Positions 26,606 through 39,011 of a DNA stretch of 64,000 nt are shown piece after piece. The translations under genes and the position numbers were made by a program. Numbering within the stretch: position 1 is the first letter of the stretch; every line of letters starts with the position of its first letter. This DNA is from Octopus sinensis (lineage: Eukaryota). The stretch is taken from NCBI RefSeq assembly GCF_006345805.1, contig NC_043006.1, forward strand, positions 99,696,001 to 99,760,000. Direction: 5' to 3'. The notes under the pieces are model-generated. The model worked only from the letters and a program-made list of their open reading frames with translations. It did no database searches and was not told the origin of the DNA.

Positions 26606-27542
26606 TAGATTATAGGTTAATAGAAAATATCCAGTATATGCCGTTCTTGTGTATCTGCTTCTTATGATATCCAAGGCTTTTCGCTTGTTGCACCTTTTCC
26701 CCATTATATACCCCATTTTGTAAAAGTAAGATAAGGTCTTATGTTTTGAAGTGGAAATCCTGTGAAGAATGTAGGTTGCAGTACACTGGAGGAGTTAATA
26801 TAACGTAATTCGTCCTTTGCTTCCTCATAGTTCATATTCTCCATAATTAATTTTTATTCAATTATTCCTCTCTTATATCACATTCGCAGCTGGTTAGAGT
26901 TGTTGCCCCTCTAACTATCTCCTTCTCTCTTGTAGACTCCACTTGCTTATATTGAAAGCAACTCATATATTTATCTCAATTTTATTCATAAACTTTGAAT
27001 AAATAACTTGGTTAATCAGTATCAGAATTTTTTTAATTAAAAAAAAAATACTTCTCGAATTTAAAAAGTAACACAATTCTGCTCGACTAAAAAATTTAAT
27101 TCTGATAATATATATAAATATTTTGCATTTTCATACTCGAATTTTTAGCATAAACTTTTTATGAAGAAAGTGAAATTTTTATGATTTAAAAATCAAAAAA
27201 AACGCTTTCATCATATTTTTCTCGTAAGGTGGTTTCACTTTACTCTCTTAACGAGGTGAATAAACAGCTTGTTTAATGAAATATTTTCTTTCCCAAACAT
27301 CCTTAAAACCTTACAGAGAAATTAGGTGATTATTAAAATAATCACTATCAATAATTCGTGAGTGAGTACATTGTAGAAAAGTTGTTTACTTGAGTCAGCA
27401 GAATAACAAACATCACGAAATAATAAATGAGATATAAAGTATAAAAAAAGGCATTCATTTTGTAAGTACAAGATAGTTCCGCATCCTAACCCACGGCATA
27501 ATAATCTAGAAAATGAGAAAGTGGATAAATATCTATTTCTAT

Positions 27543-27847
<305 letters not shown>

Positions 27848-27895
27848 GGTGAGAAAGTTGGTGTGTGAAAGCACGTGGTTGAATATATAGAAAAC

Positions 27896-28512
27896 AGTAA
27901 AGAGTGAAAAAACTACAGAAGGCTTGTTTTAAAAGGTTAAATAATATATTTGAGTCATTATGTCAGAAGAATGTTATAAAATTTGTTCATACAGTGACAT
28001 AGTTTTTGAAGAAATTACCGGTTTCGTGTTAACTTTTCAAATTTCTGAAAACATCATGTTATGACTTTGTTATGAAGTGTAAAGAGGAGTTCCAGGTAAG
28101 GGGAGGTAATAAGTGATTTATTCCGGTGTAAGGGAGATAATCGCTTTATATTTCTTGCCTCTTTTACTTAAAGGGGTGAGTTTCTCTGTATAAGAATGTT
28201 AGAGTGGTTAAGGTTGGGCTTATATTTTTCTCACCCCTTTAAGTAAAAGAGGCAAGAAATATAAAGCGATTATCTCCCTTACACCGGAAGGAATCACTTA
28301 TTACATCCACTCACCTGGAACTCCTCTTTACACTTCATAACGGAGTCATAACACGATGTTTTGAGAAATTTGAAAAGTTAACATGAAACCGGTAATTTCT
28401 TCAAAAACTATGTCACTGTATGAAAAAATTTTATAACATTCTTCTGACATAATGACTCAAATATATTTTTTAACCTTTTAAAACAAGCCTTCTGTAGTTT
28501 TTTCACTTTTTA

Positions 28513-28514
<2 letters not shown>
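27896..28514. repeat. Foldback: 285-bp inverted arms with 49-nt loop, between (TA)n runs
   Basis: 27896-28180 is the near reverse complement of 28230-28514. Confidence 0.92.
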
Positions 28515-28583
<69 letters not shown>

Positions 28584-29478
28584 TATAGGTATATATATAG
28601 TGTATATATATATATAAATGTTAGACACACGTATACGCATCCAGACACACAAAAACACACATACTCGCATACACCTTTTATTAGATGTAACAATGTGAGT
28701 ATATCTATATATCGTTACATATATAAATGAATATGTATATATATGTATGTATATCTATAATATAAATTGGACACGGGCGATCATTGTATTCTTTCTTGTT
28801 TTGAGGTTCACACCCAAACTGCCGGGTGGATTCACATGAAAAATGGCACATATGCAGACGGGTGTATAGATTGGAATGCGGTTTGTATTTTTTAATAGCC
28901 CCCATTCTTACTGAGAAAATCGATTAGAAATTTTTTCTAATGGAATTCCCCTGTTTGTTCTGCCATTAAAACATCCAGTTGCTCACACAGCCAGCATATA
29001 CCATTTCGTTAGCAACAAGGGAAGTACAGGATGACAATCAGCCAAAACTTTCGCTATGCTGTCTCACTTCTTCTTTCTCACACACTCACAGGACATCACC
29101 AATAGTTTAAACAACATGAAATACGTAAAAAAATGATTTTAAAAAATCAACGAGAAAAATGTTCCTCCATAAATCCTAAGTTTTATTTTAGAATTTATGG
29201 GAAAAAATGTCTTCGAAGTCTCACTGTCGTGAAATCCTCAAAATGAAGAGTAGATAGACAGCCAACAACTGAAGAAGGGTCCTTTCCCTGTGTTTATTTG
29301 TCCTGGTCTCCATTTTTTCTCGATTATGTATCTAACCCGTTTGTTTACGTATTTCATGTTTAAAACTTGTGTAATGTCTTGTATCCATATATGCATGTAT
29401 ATATATACAAAAAATTCAGGGTGAATGCTTGTTAATTGTAAGCACCTGTATATGCCGTTTAGTGGTGTAGGTGATAGA

Positions 29479-29574
29479 GTATATTTATCAAAATAATAAC
29501 ATGATACAAAGGATTTAGCGGTACATATGTACCGCTAAATCCTTTGCATCGTGTTCTTATTTTGATAAATATAC
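29479..29574. repeat. 96-bp imperfect palindrome with no loop
   Basis: Centre gcggtacat|atgtaccgc at 29526/29527. Confidence 0.9.
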
Positions 29575-29593
29575 ATGTATATATCTATATCTA

Positions 29594-29625
<32 letters not shown>

Positions 29626-30264
29626 CGTATGTGTGTGTGCGTGTATGTGCGTGTGTATGTGTGTGTGTGTCGCTGTGTGCATGTGTGTGCGCTATATATT
29701 ATTTACTATTTATTTAATTGAACGCTACGTAGCCATTTCCAAGTAAGATTATCTTCACCTTTTTGATGCGACTCTCTTCTCTATACTGACTTCTACCTTC
29801 TCTAATCCCATTTTCTACCCTTCCCTCTTTCACCGTTTTCTATCTCTCTCTCTCTCTCTCTACCTGTCTTTCTCTTTATCTCTCTCCCTGCATCGTTGCT
29901 CGCACGTGACTATCGTCCATTTTTCTTTTCCCCGCATGATCATCTTCATTTTCCTGGAAGAACGTTCAAAAATATCGGACGTTCTTCCCTCCTACTTCTA
30001 TCGCTTCTCTTTTCTCAAAAATATTGCTCACGGCGTGCACTGTTTTCTTCTTGTTCTGGTCTACCAGTCCAGCGTGTTTGTATTCGTTTGGTTTCGTTCT
30101 TTGGCTCCCCCTTCCCCATGGATCCTAAGTTTTATTTTGGATTTAATGAGAGTAACTGTCTTTGAAGACTCATATTGTCGTTGAATAATCGTATTTCATG
30201 TTGCTTGAAGGGTTGCTGACGTCCTGTAGCCATTTATGCATGAATATATATATATATATATATA

Positions 30265-30365
30265 TTAGCACGCCGGGCGAAATGCTTAGCGATATTTTGT
30301 CTGCCGTTACGTTTTGGGTTGATACTCCGCCGAGATCGACTTTGCCTTTCATTCTTTCGGGGTCA
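30265..30365 (+). mobile_element. Partial SINE (family of 31684-31906)
   Basis: ttagcacgccgggcgaaatgcttagcg...gactttgcctttcattctttcgggg. Confidence 0.8.
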
Positions 30366-30399
30366 CATGAAAACTAGCGGTGTCATATGAAATTGTCAC

Positions 30400-30449
<50 letters not shown>

Positions 30450-30959
30450 ATACATATATACACATACATACATATTTATGCATAAGAATATGTGTGTATG
30501 CGTGAATGTATTTTTATATGTCCAGAGGAGTACGGAAATCACTGTCCCCTATTTTATGGAGGTGACCGAACTCATCCCCAGACCGACATTACACTTTCAT
30601 ACATTCAAATATCGGACCTCTCACTGTAGATATGACTTACTCTCTTCGGATTGCACACATCGTATAATTCCATGCACCTAGTAACTTCTTTCCACTGACT
30701 CCTTTCTTACATGTGTCAATTTGCAAATAAACGGTCCAAACGGAATATTTACAGCATGAAATGAATGTCTCCGAAGGCCTGCGATTGTTATCTGTCGTGT
30801 TCATTTTTCTGCATGCAGGAAGTAAATTATACACATTAAATATATATTCATACATGCATATATATATATATAGATAGATAGATAGATATGTAAATAGATT
30901 CACAGATAAATAGGTAGATAAATATACACATATATATGCATGCATGGATGTATATATTT

Positions 30960-31035
<76 letters not shown>

Positions 31036-31104
31036 GGGACTGAGTATGTATGGGTGTATATATTCTCATATATAAATGTATACATGTACAGATGTATATA
31101 TATT

Positions 31105-31140
<36 letters not shown>

Positions 31141-31683
31141 CATATATGCAGAGAGAGAGAAAGAAAGAGATAATGAGATAGCGATGTGTAAGTAGGCTTA
31201 TGGAATATGATGTAAATATTAACTTACCGGTGTTAATTTAATTTAATTGGACAATATTGCAAACGTTTTGTTTTTGTTTTTATGAAATTTGATTTACTAG
31301 TAATTCGATGTTAATTTGAATTTTGCGATTAATGAATAACGCTAGAGATTTATCAGTGTCATTAATTTCATTACTGATATTAATGTATACTGGACTTTAA
31401 TATCAATAATGAACGAAGAAGCAACATGTTTATGATTTATATTTATTTATAGCTAATTGTAGTATGCTGTTGGTTTGTTTTGAATAATAATTTATTTATA
31501 TCAACTTTTATGATTTGCGTGGCCTGATAAGGCCGCAAGTATTTTCACGATTGCTCGGCTTAAAATTCGCCGTAGACAAACGTGGTTAAAATTATGTGCG
31601 TGTGTGTGTGTGTGAGTTTGGCTGTGTGTGTGTGTGTGAGTGTGTGTGTGCGCGGGCTTGCGTGCACTATATACTTATATATA

Positions 31684-31906
31684 AGGCGGCGAGCTGGGAG
31701 AAACGTTAGGACGTTAGGCGAAATGCTTAGCGGTGTTTCGTCTGAGGCTACGTTCTGAGTTCAAATTCCACCGAGATCAAATTTGCCTTTCATTCTTTCG
31801 GTGTCGATTAAATAAGTACCAGTTACGCACTCGGGTCAATGTAATCGGCTTTATCCATGTGTCTGTCCTTGTTTTTCCCCTCTCCGTTTAGCCCCCATTG
31901 GGCAAT
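31684..31906 (+). mobile_element. tRNA-head SINE
   Basis: aggcggcgagctgg head with B-box-like gagttcaaattcc; family repeated many times in the window. Confidence 0.9.
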
Positions 31907-32408
31907 ATATATATATATGTATATATATTATATATATGTATATATATATATATATGCAGTTGTGAAAGCGTGGCTTAGCCCCTTAATTATCGCTACTTCC
32001 GGCTCGATTCTGACCGGAAGTGTAATACCAGTCAGTGTTACATCTTTTGATCAAATACATATTCCCGGGGTTACAGAATGGTGTCGTTAATTTTAACAAA
32101 TTCATGAAGAAGCGAGCTTTTCTTGCAGAAAGTTGCTATGAATCTTGCAATACTTATCACAAGAACTTTCTATGATGACCAAGAGATTTGGAATACAGAT
32201 CCTGATGAGGGCAACAGGTAATACTTTTTAATACTTTAAGCTCGAAACACGATCCTGTACGCGGTTGACCAAAAGTTTTAATTCATTTCCTTTCTGTTGC
32301 TAGCATATAATTTGGTGTGTTTTTACTCGGAGAATTTATATGGTAATATTGTCTTTTGAAGTCTATTTTTCAGTGCGTGCTGAGGCACAAGCCAAGCCCT
32401 TGGTATTA

Positions 32409-32706
32409 TGTATATAATATAAAAGTGAAGTTGTGTGTCTGTCTCCTACGATTTAGATTCCTAACTACTCCCACATTTTGCGGTGCAGTTTAACCAAAAG
32501 CGGGTATCTTATAGGCGTCATTCATATCGAGCCCTTCTGGGTATTAGCGCGCGTCTACGATGAGTCTACGCTTTTTAAAATAATTTACCATCAAATTTTC
32601 CCATTTTTAATGCATTTTTGCTATTATATAAGGGAAGTAACTCTCTAAAAATGCTTATATAGTTATTTCCCTTACAAACCCGAGCAATGCCGGGCGATAC
32701 TGCTAG
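32409..32706 (+). mobile_element. Near-complete non-autonomous Helitron (about 300 bp)
   Basis: 5' t(g)tatataatataaaa start; 3' cccgagcaatgccggg hairpin then CTAG followed by T; matches 4395-4667. Confidence 0.8.
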
Positions 32707-32950
32707 TTATGTATATAATTATAAATTATGTGTGTGTATGTGTGTGTGTGTGTTAGCATCTATGTATTCATATAAATATGTGCCTGTATATATGTATATA
32801 TATGTGTGTATTTTGTTGTTTTTGTAAAATCTCAGAAAATAATTAAAAATTCACATTTTTTATCAAATTATTTTGTTATATATAGGTGCTGGTGTGCGTG
32901 TATGTATGTATGTATATGTGTAGATATATATCTATGTATATATCTATGTA

Positions 32951-33336
32951 TGGAAGCACTCCGTCGGTTACGACGACGAGGGTTCCGATTGATCCGAATC
33001 AACGGAACAGCCTGTTCGTGAAATTAACGTGTAAGTGGCTGAGCACTGCACAGACACGTGTACCCTTAACGTAGTTCTCGGGGATATTCAGCGTGACACA
33101 GTGAGTGACAAGGCCGGCCCTTTGAAATACAGGTACAACAGAAACAGGAAGTAAGAGTGAGAGAAAGTTGTGGTGAAAGAGTACAGCAGGGATCACCACC
33201 ATCCCCTGCCGGAGCCTCGTGGAGCTTTTAGGTGTTTTCGCTCAATAAACACTCACAATGCCCGGTCTGGGAATCGAAACCGCGATCCTATGACCGCGAG
33301 TCCGCTGCCCTAACCACTGGGCCATTGCGCCTCCAC
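32951..33336 (-). mobile_element. tRNA-derived SINE, third family
   Basis: Minus head ggaggcgcaatggcccagtggttagggcagcggactcgcggtcataggatcgcggtttcgattccc with A- and B-box-like motifs. Confidence 0.9.
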
Positions 33337-33947
33337 GTATATAGAACTGCTGTTACACGTTGCTCCTTATACGCATATATGTGCCGTTCAGAGGCATACG
33401 CGTGCATTTATTAATGAAGCCCCATGCCTATATTCTCACAAGTATCCAGTCTCTTTTGCATATTTTTCCTCTTGTTTAATTTAATATCTAGCGATATTAA
33501 ATTATACAAACTTACAACTGACCTAAAACTAAATAGATTAAATTCTAAAGTTATGCTAAAATTATGAGTGATGGAAACTGCCAACTAAAGTTGAAATAAC
33601 TAGAAAATTTAAGCTGTTCGTTTGCAGTTGGTTTTTTCTTCGTATTCAAGGTATGTAAAAAGTTTAAGTGCGCGTGTATGCGAGTGTCTGCGTACGTTCC
33701 TTACTGTGTTTGCTCTAGCTATAATGGCTTCACTATGAAACTGTATTTCTTTACACTGAAAACTGGTTCGACGTATCTGTTATATGAGCAAAATGAACAA
33801 AGATAATGTATGTACTGCACAAAAGGTTTTAAGGGTTGCCATCGTCAATAACCAAATTATATGCTTAGAATATTCAATGGAAAGTATAAGTCAAAATTTT
33901 AAGTTACATATGCTTCCTCGAAAAGTAATATACCTCAAACAATTTTT

Positions 33948-34387
33948 GGACTTTTCGGTTTGAACGGCAGTTTTTTCTAGCGGTGTCATATGAAATTGTC
34001 ACTCATAATAATGATCCTAGTATCTCTCTTTTGCATTTCAATCTGGTTAGGGTTAGTTAGGGTTAGTTAGGATTAGTTAGGGTTAGGGTTAGGGGTGGGG
34101 CGAAGGGTATCTTTTTTCTTCACAAATGTAAATAAACCCAAACTGTTTCTTAAACAAGGGACATATTCATACGGCACAGAATGTATTTACTTCAATAGAC
34201 GTCAGTGATTGGTTGAAATTGCAGAAATTGAAGAAACAAACAACAGATATCTTACAAACTATAGAATTTTCTCAATAAAGCCAAGAGAAAAAGATGTTTT
34301 ATAAACACATTCTACATATGAAGTTTAAATTTTTTTTAGTTACCTAGAAATTATGCTAAAAACTGCCGTTCAAACCGAAAAGATCCC
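33948..34387. mobile_element. MITE with about 25-bp TIRs and internal (TTAGGG)-like repeats
   Basis: cttttcggtttgaacggcagtttt and aaaactgccgttcaaaccgaaaag; ggttag repeats at 34045-34094; small fragment also near 30372. Confidence 0.85.
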
Positions 34388-34984
34388 AATTTTTCAATTA
34401 TGGACAATTTTTAATTCACTAAATTGAATATTCAGCTGCTTTTAGTCATTGCATATCTGATAAGTTGTTCAACTTTTGAAATCGTAGTAGATTATAAAAT
34501 GTCTACTCAAGATTCGTTTCTTCGTAACGTCACATTAAACTGACCCTCAAAGATTCCTTTAAGATATCCAAATAGAATGACATAGATGTACTGCTATTAG
34601 CATTATACTTTATTTCATATTTGCATAATTTCATATCTTTCCCGAATTTATCTACTACAATGACAGGACACTAGTATTTAATGTTTTATCAATTTAATAA
34701 CAGAAATAGAGTGACTTTAACTCCTTATCAAATCACTGAATAACCATATGGACATTGTAATAACTGAAAGAGTAAAAAACCTCTTAAATATGCACACATT
34801 TTACATTTCCTTTCCATGTTAATTCTATTCTATTATCTATTCAATAAACAATTAGGAGTAAACTGACTAACTCTATTACTGTGACCTACATTCCTTTATA
34901 TATATTGCCAATCACTGAAATATATATAGCTAATACTGCCATATAAATATATATGCATAAAACTTAAAGGAGTATATTAATGCA

Positions 34985-35096
34985 CTTAGATACATATACA
35001 CATACATATATATACAGATATATGCATATACTTACATATTATATATATATATATACATAAATACATATATATGTTTATGTATATATATATATATAC

Positions 35097-35147
<51 letters not shown>

Positions 35148-35174
35148 TCATATATACCTATATATAAATATGTA

Positions 35175-35220
<46 letters not shown>

Positions 35221-35871
35221 CATACATATATGTATACACGCGCACACACATACATACATATATATATTATATATATATATACATATTAATTTATATAAGA
35301 CACATTTATTATGTGTAGATTTTATGATGAATGTATGTATATATATATATATATATATATATACATACACACACCTATGGATAGACAGAAACACACGCTT
35401 ATATATAAAATTATTTATAAACTCACCCACACACAAACACACATATATTCATATACTGTATATATGTATATATGTATATATGTACGTATGAATGTATGTA
35501 TGTACGTATACATGTATGTATGTATTCCTAACTTGATATGAATATAGTAACAGTAAAAGATATTAGCATAAAGGTCTCCATGCAGGCGCAGAAACAAAAA
35601 CACATTCAGAATAATGTAGCCAAGTTAACCTCTACTATGAAAGCTTGACTCATACTTCAAACGGAATAAAAGATTCTTTATCACCATTAGAATACAGTAA
35701 CAATGAACAAATAAAGTCGGTTAGGAGACAGCGAAACGGGAGATTATTGGTAGTATCATCCAAGAAGCTAAATCCTATTATTAAAAACCCCAGTGTAAGT
35801 TTTTAGTTTATTGTACGTCTCTATATATTATATTCCTCCCCCACCCACATATATATATATATGTATATATG

Positions 35872-35919
<48 letters not shown>

Positions 35920-36000
35920 TATATATACATATATATAGGTATATATATATAGTGTATATATATATATATATATATGTGTGTATATATATATATATGTGTG

Positions 36001-36038
<38 letters not shown>

Positions 36039-36267
36039 ATATATATATATACATGCATACATACATATATATATATACATGCATACATACATATATATAT
36101 ATATTATATATATATATATATGTATGTATGCATGTATGTATATATATATATATATATATGTGTATATATATATATAATATATATATATAATATGTGTGTA
36201 TATATATAGATATATATATATATTATGTGTATATATATATATTATATATATAATATATATATATATA

Positions 36268-36305
<38 letters not shown>
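34985..36305. repeat. Large (TA)n-dominated low-complexity tracts
   Basis: Directly visible, interrupted by unique sequence at about 35530-35850; source of the YIYI ORFs. Confidence 0.9.
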
Positions 36306-36306
<1 letters not shown>

Positions 36307-36311
36307 ACATA

Positions 36312-36512
36312 TACTGTTGTGTCTGGGGAGAGTCAGTCATTCTCTTTTAGTGCCTTATTATTTAACACATTCACCGGTAAAATTTCCACTTATTTCTTAT
36401 TTTTATTTTCTAAAATTTTCTTTGCGTCTTGCAACCTTTTCAATAGTCTTGACTCTGTCCGTTGTTTACACTGCGTTCGCTTTTGTTTGTTTATGCGCAT
36501 GTGTGGGGGTCA
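36312..36512. mobile_element. Partial inverted copy of the 3344-3590 element
   Basis: ctgttgtgtctggggagagtc..caccggtaaaatttccacttattt..gtcttgactctgtccgttgtttac. Confidence 0.8.
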
Positions 36513-37409
36513 ATGAGTCAGTATGTGTGTGTGCCTATACATGCATGCATGTACGTATATATGTGTGTGTGTTTGCATTTTCCTCGGCACGCTAATGTCC
36601 GACCAGCTCCCCACCTTATATGCTTAAATACATATTGGCTTGTATGTATAAACGAAAGTAAAGGAAAAACCTTAACGGGAGTTTATCTTTATATGCTAAA
36701 GTGCAGATACACTTCGTTAGAACGGATTAGTAGTTTGACAATATGAGTGTTTATCGCTATACAGGAAGATATAAATTTTGTTAATATCTAATGTCATAAA
36801 TCCCTTGCTCTGTGTTTTTCGTTACTTAGCGAATTCATAGATACTACTGTACAGCACTGAAAGAAGTGTGATAGCAGTAAGATGTAAATAACATCAAAAT
36901 AATTTCATTACTGATAATGGCTTACCTTCAGAAATAAAAAAAAAACATTTTTGAGCAATCGCTTCGCTACTTAACTACAATATCTTTTCTTTTAGCTTTA
37001 CTCGATATGTAATTGCAAATATTTTCATCTTTATGAAACATTGCACAATCTTTTTTAATTTTGCTGACAATTAAATATGTTCTCGCAGAATACAGTCTCA
37101 GCTTGAGCAAATGAAAAACAACGTTGTTTCTCTTTGATTTCTTTAAAGTTTTCATCCACAATTGTGAGTACAATGTTTATTCTCCACAAGAAACGGATAT
37201 ATCTTCAGTAACTTATGAAATTTTAGCTAATTTAAACATATGAGGATAGGTAATTCGGTTACTTGCTTTTCAAGCTACAATTTTCTAATAGTATAAATAT
37301 TTTAGTCTGTCTCACCTTATCAATATGCTTACAGTCTGCCGGATGTTATTGACTAATTCTCTTTCTTTCATTTTTTAAAAATTTTGATTTGCCGTAATCA
37401 TATAATGGG

Positions 37410-38150
37410 CCATCCTATAAATAATGCGTTTTTTTATAAACCTCATTATTTTCCAAAGTTAAGATAAACAAAGTTCTTTTCTCATGTAAAATATACACTC
37501 CTCCATTTTCTGCATCGCACTTCCAACTATCTGGTAGACTTGCAAGGCCCCTCTTCCAAAATTCACTTGTCCGTGACGAAACATATTCCTCCAATGCTGT
37601 TCCGACCTTGTCTACTGAATTCATATTTTTCCGGCCAAATGATTTTGAAAACTACGGAATAAATGATAATCAGATGGGCCATTCTGCGGTGAATAATGTG
37701 GGTGGGCGCATCGTTTCCCATTCAAAATGTTCCAGCCTTTGGAATGTCATCCATGCTGTATGTGGCCGAAAATTATTCTAATGGAAGAACAACCACCTTT
37801 CGTCTTTAAACCAAAGATGGTCGTTTTTCTTCTAGCGCTGATTCCAGCCGTTCGAACTACTCGCAGTAGATATCTTTTCTAATAATTTGGTCTGTGTTTA
37901 AATGTTCAAGAGAACTACACCTTTGATATTACACCGAAGCCGTAACAAAACCTTACGTGGGTGAAGACCTTCCCTCTCCTTTCCATACCCACTGTTCACT
38001 TTCTTTGGCGCTTGACATTTTTTATAGAGAATCCATTTCTCGTCACCATTCGGTCCCAAAACGGTTCATTCATGAGATGCCACAGCAAAGAAGAGCACAC
38101 ACTCACTCTCTTCATCGGAGAGCATCGTTGAGGCAGGATTATAGGATTTA
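37410..38150 (-). pseudogene. Degenerate mariner (DD34D-type) transposase
   Basis: Minus strand DEKWILYKN, HPHYSPQNGPSDYHLFRSFQNHL, FWKRGLASLPDSW. Confidence 0.8.
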
Positions 38151-38918
38151 TTCATCTCAAACCCTGTGTACGATGAGCATTTTTAACTCTGCAGCAAATT
38201 TAAAAAGCGTGATCTGGCTTTCAGTTTTCGATTTTTTCCTCACCGAGATGTTATTCTTAGGGTCTTTCTTCATTTGCTGTATTTCACATTTGTGTTTAGT
38301 GATAACTTATGGTTATGGTAGTATTATGGTAGTACCAGCATGCTACACTGCTTGCTAGTATCATTAATTATTAATTGATATTTTATACCGTATAAGGTTT
38401 TCTTTAAGCATGCTAAACCACTGATATTAATATAAATAATAATATCTTTATAAATATTTAAATAATTGCTATTCACTTAGATCACCTTTTTAAAATTTAC
38501 TGCGGCATTATAAACGGTCATCTTACACATTGGTTGAGATGAATAATTCCTATAACACTGCGTCAGTGATGCTCGCCAATGAGAACTAACGGTTCGAAAT
38601 CTCAGTTGATCCGGGTAAGTCTGGCTTTAAATCTTTTTTAACTATGACAGCTTACATAGTCGACCTAGTTCTTTTCAAATTTTAGTGACAAGACTATTCC
38701 CCTTGCATTGGAAAACTATGGAAATTAAAAAAAAAAAAACTCTTCATTTAATTTTTCCACAATTTAATTGTTTTTCATGTTTTACTCTAAGTTGAAAAAG
38801 TTGCAAAGGTGGAACCCGTTACTAAAATGTTCTTCATGATAAAATTTTCTTAGCATTTTCTACTTTGTCTTATTTTCGTTATACATATCAACTCGTGTGT
38901 TCCTTTTCAACCTTCTAC

Positions 38919-38984
<66 letters not shown>

Positions 38985-39011
38985 ATATGTATATATATGT
39001 ATGTATGTATG

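Noticed and set aside
33262-33336. tRNA gene
   Set aside because: tRNA-like SINE head continuing into a SINE body; no proper acceptor stem or terminator
34045-34094. True telomere or chromosome-fusion scar
   Set aside because: Short, degenerate and enclosed within MITE TIRs
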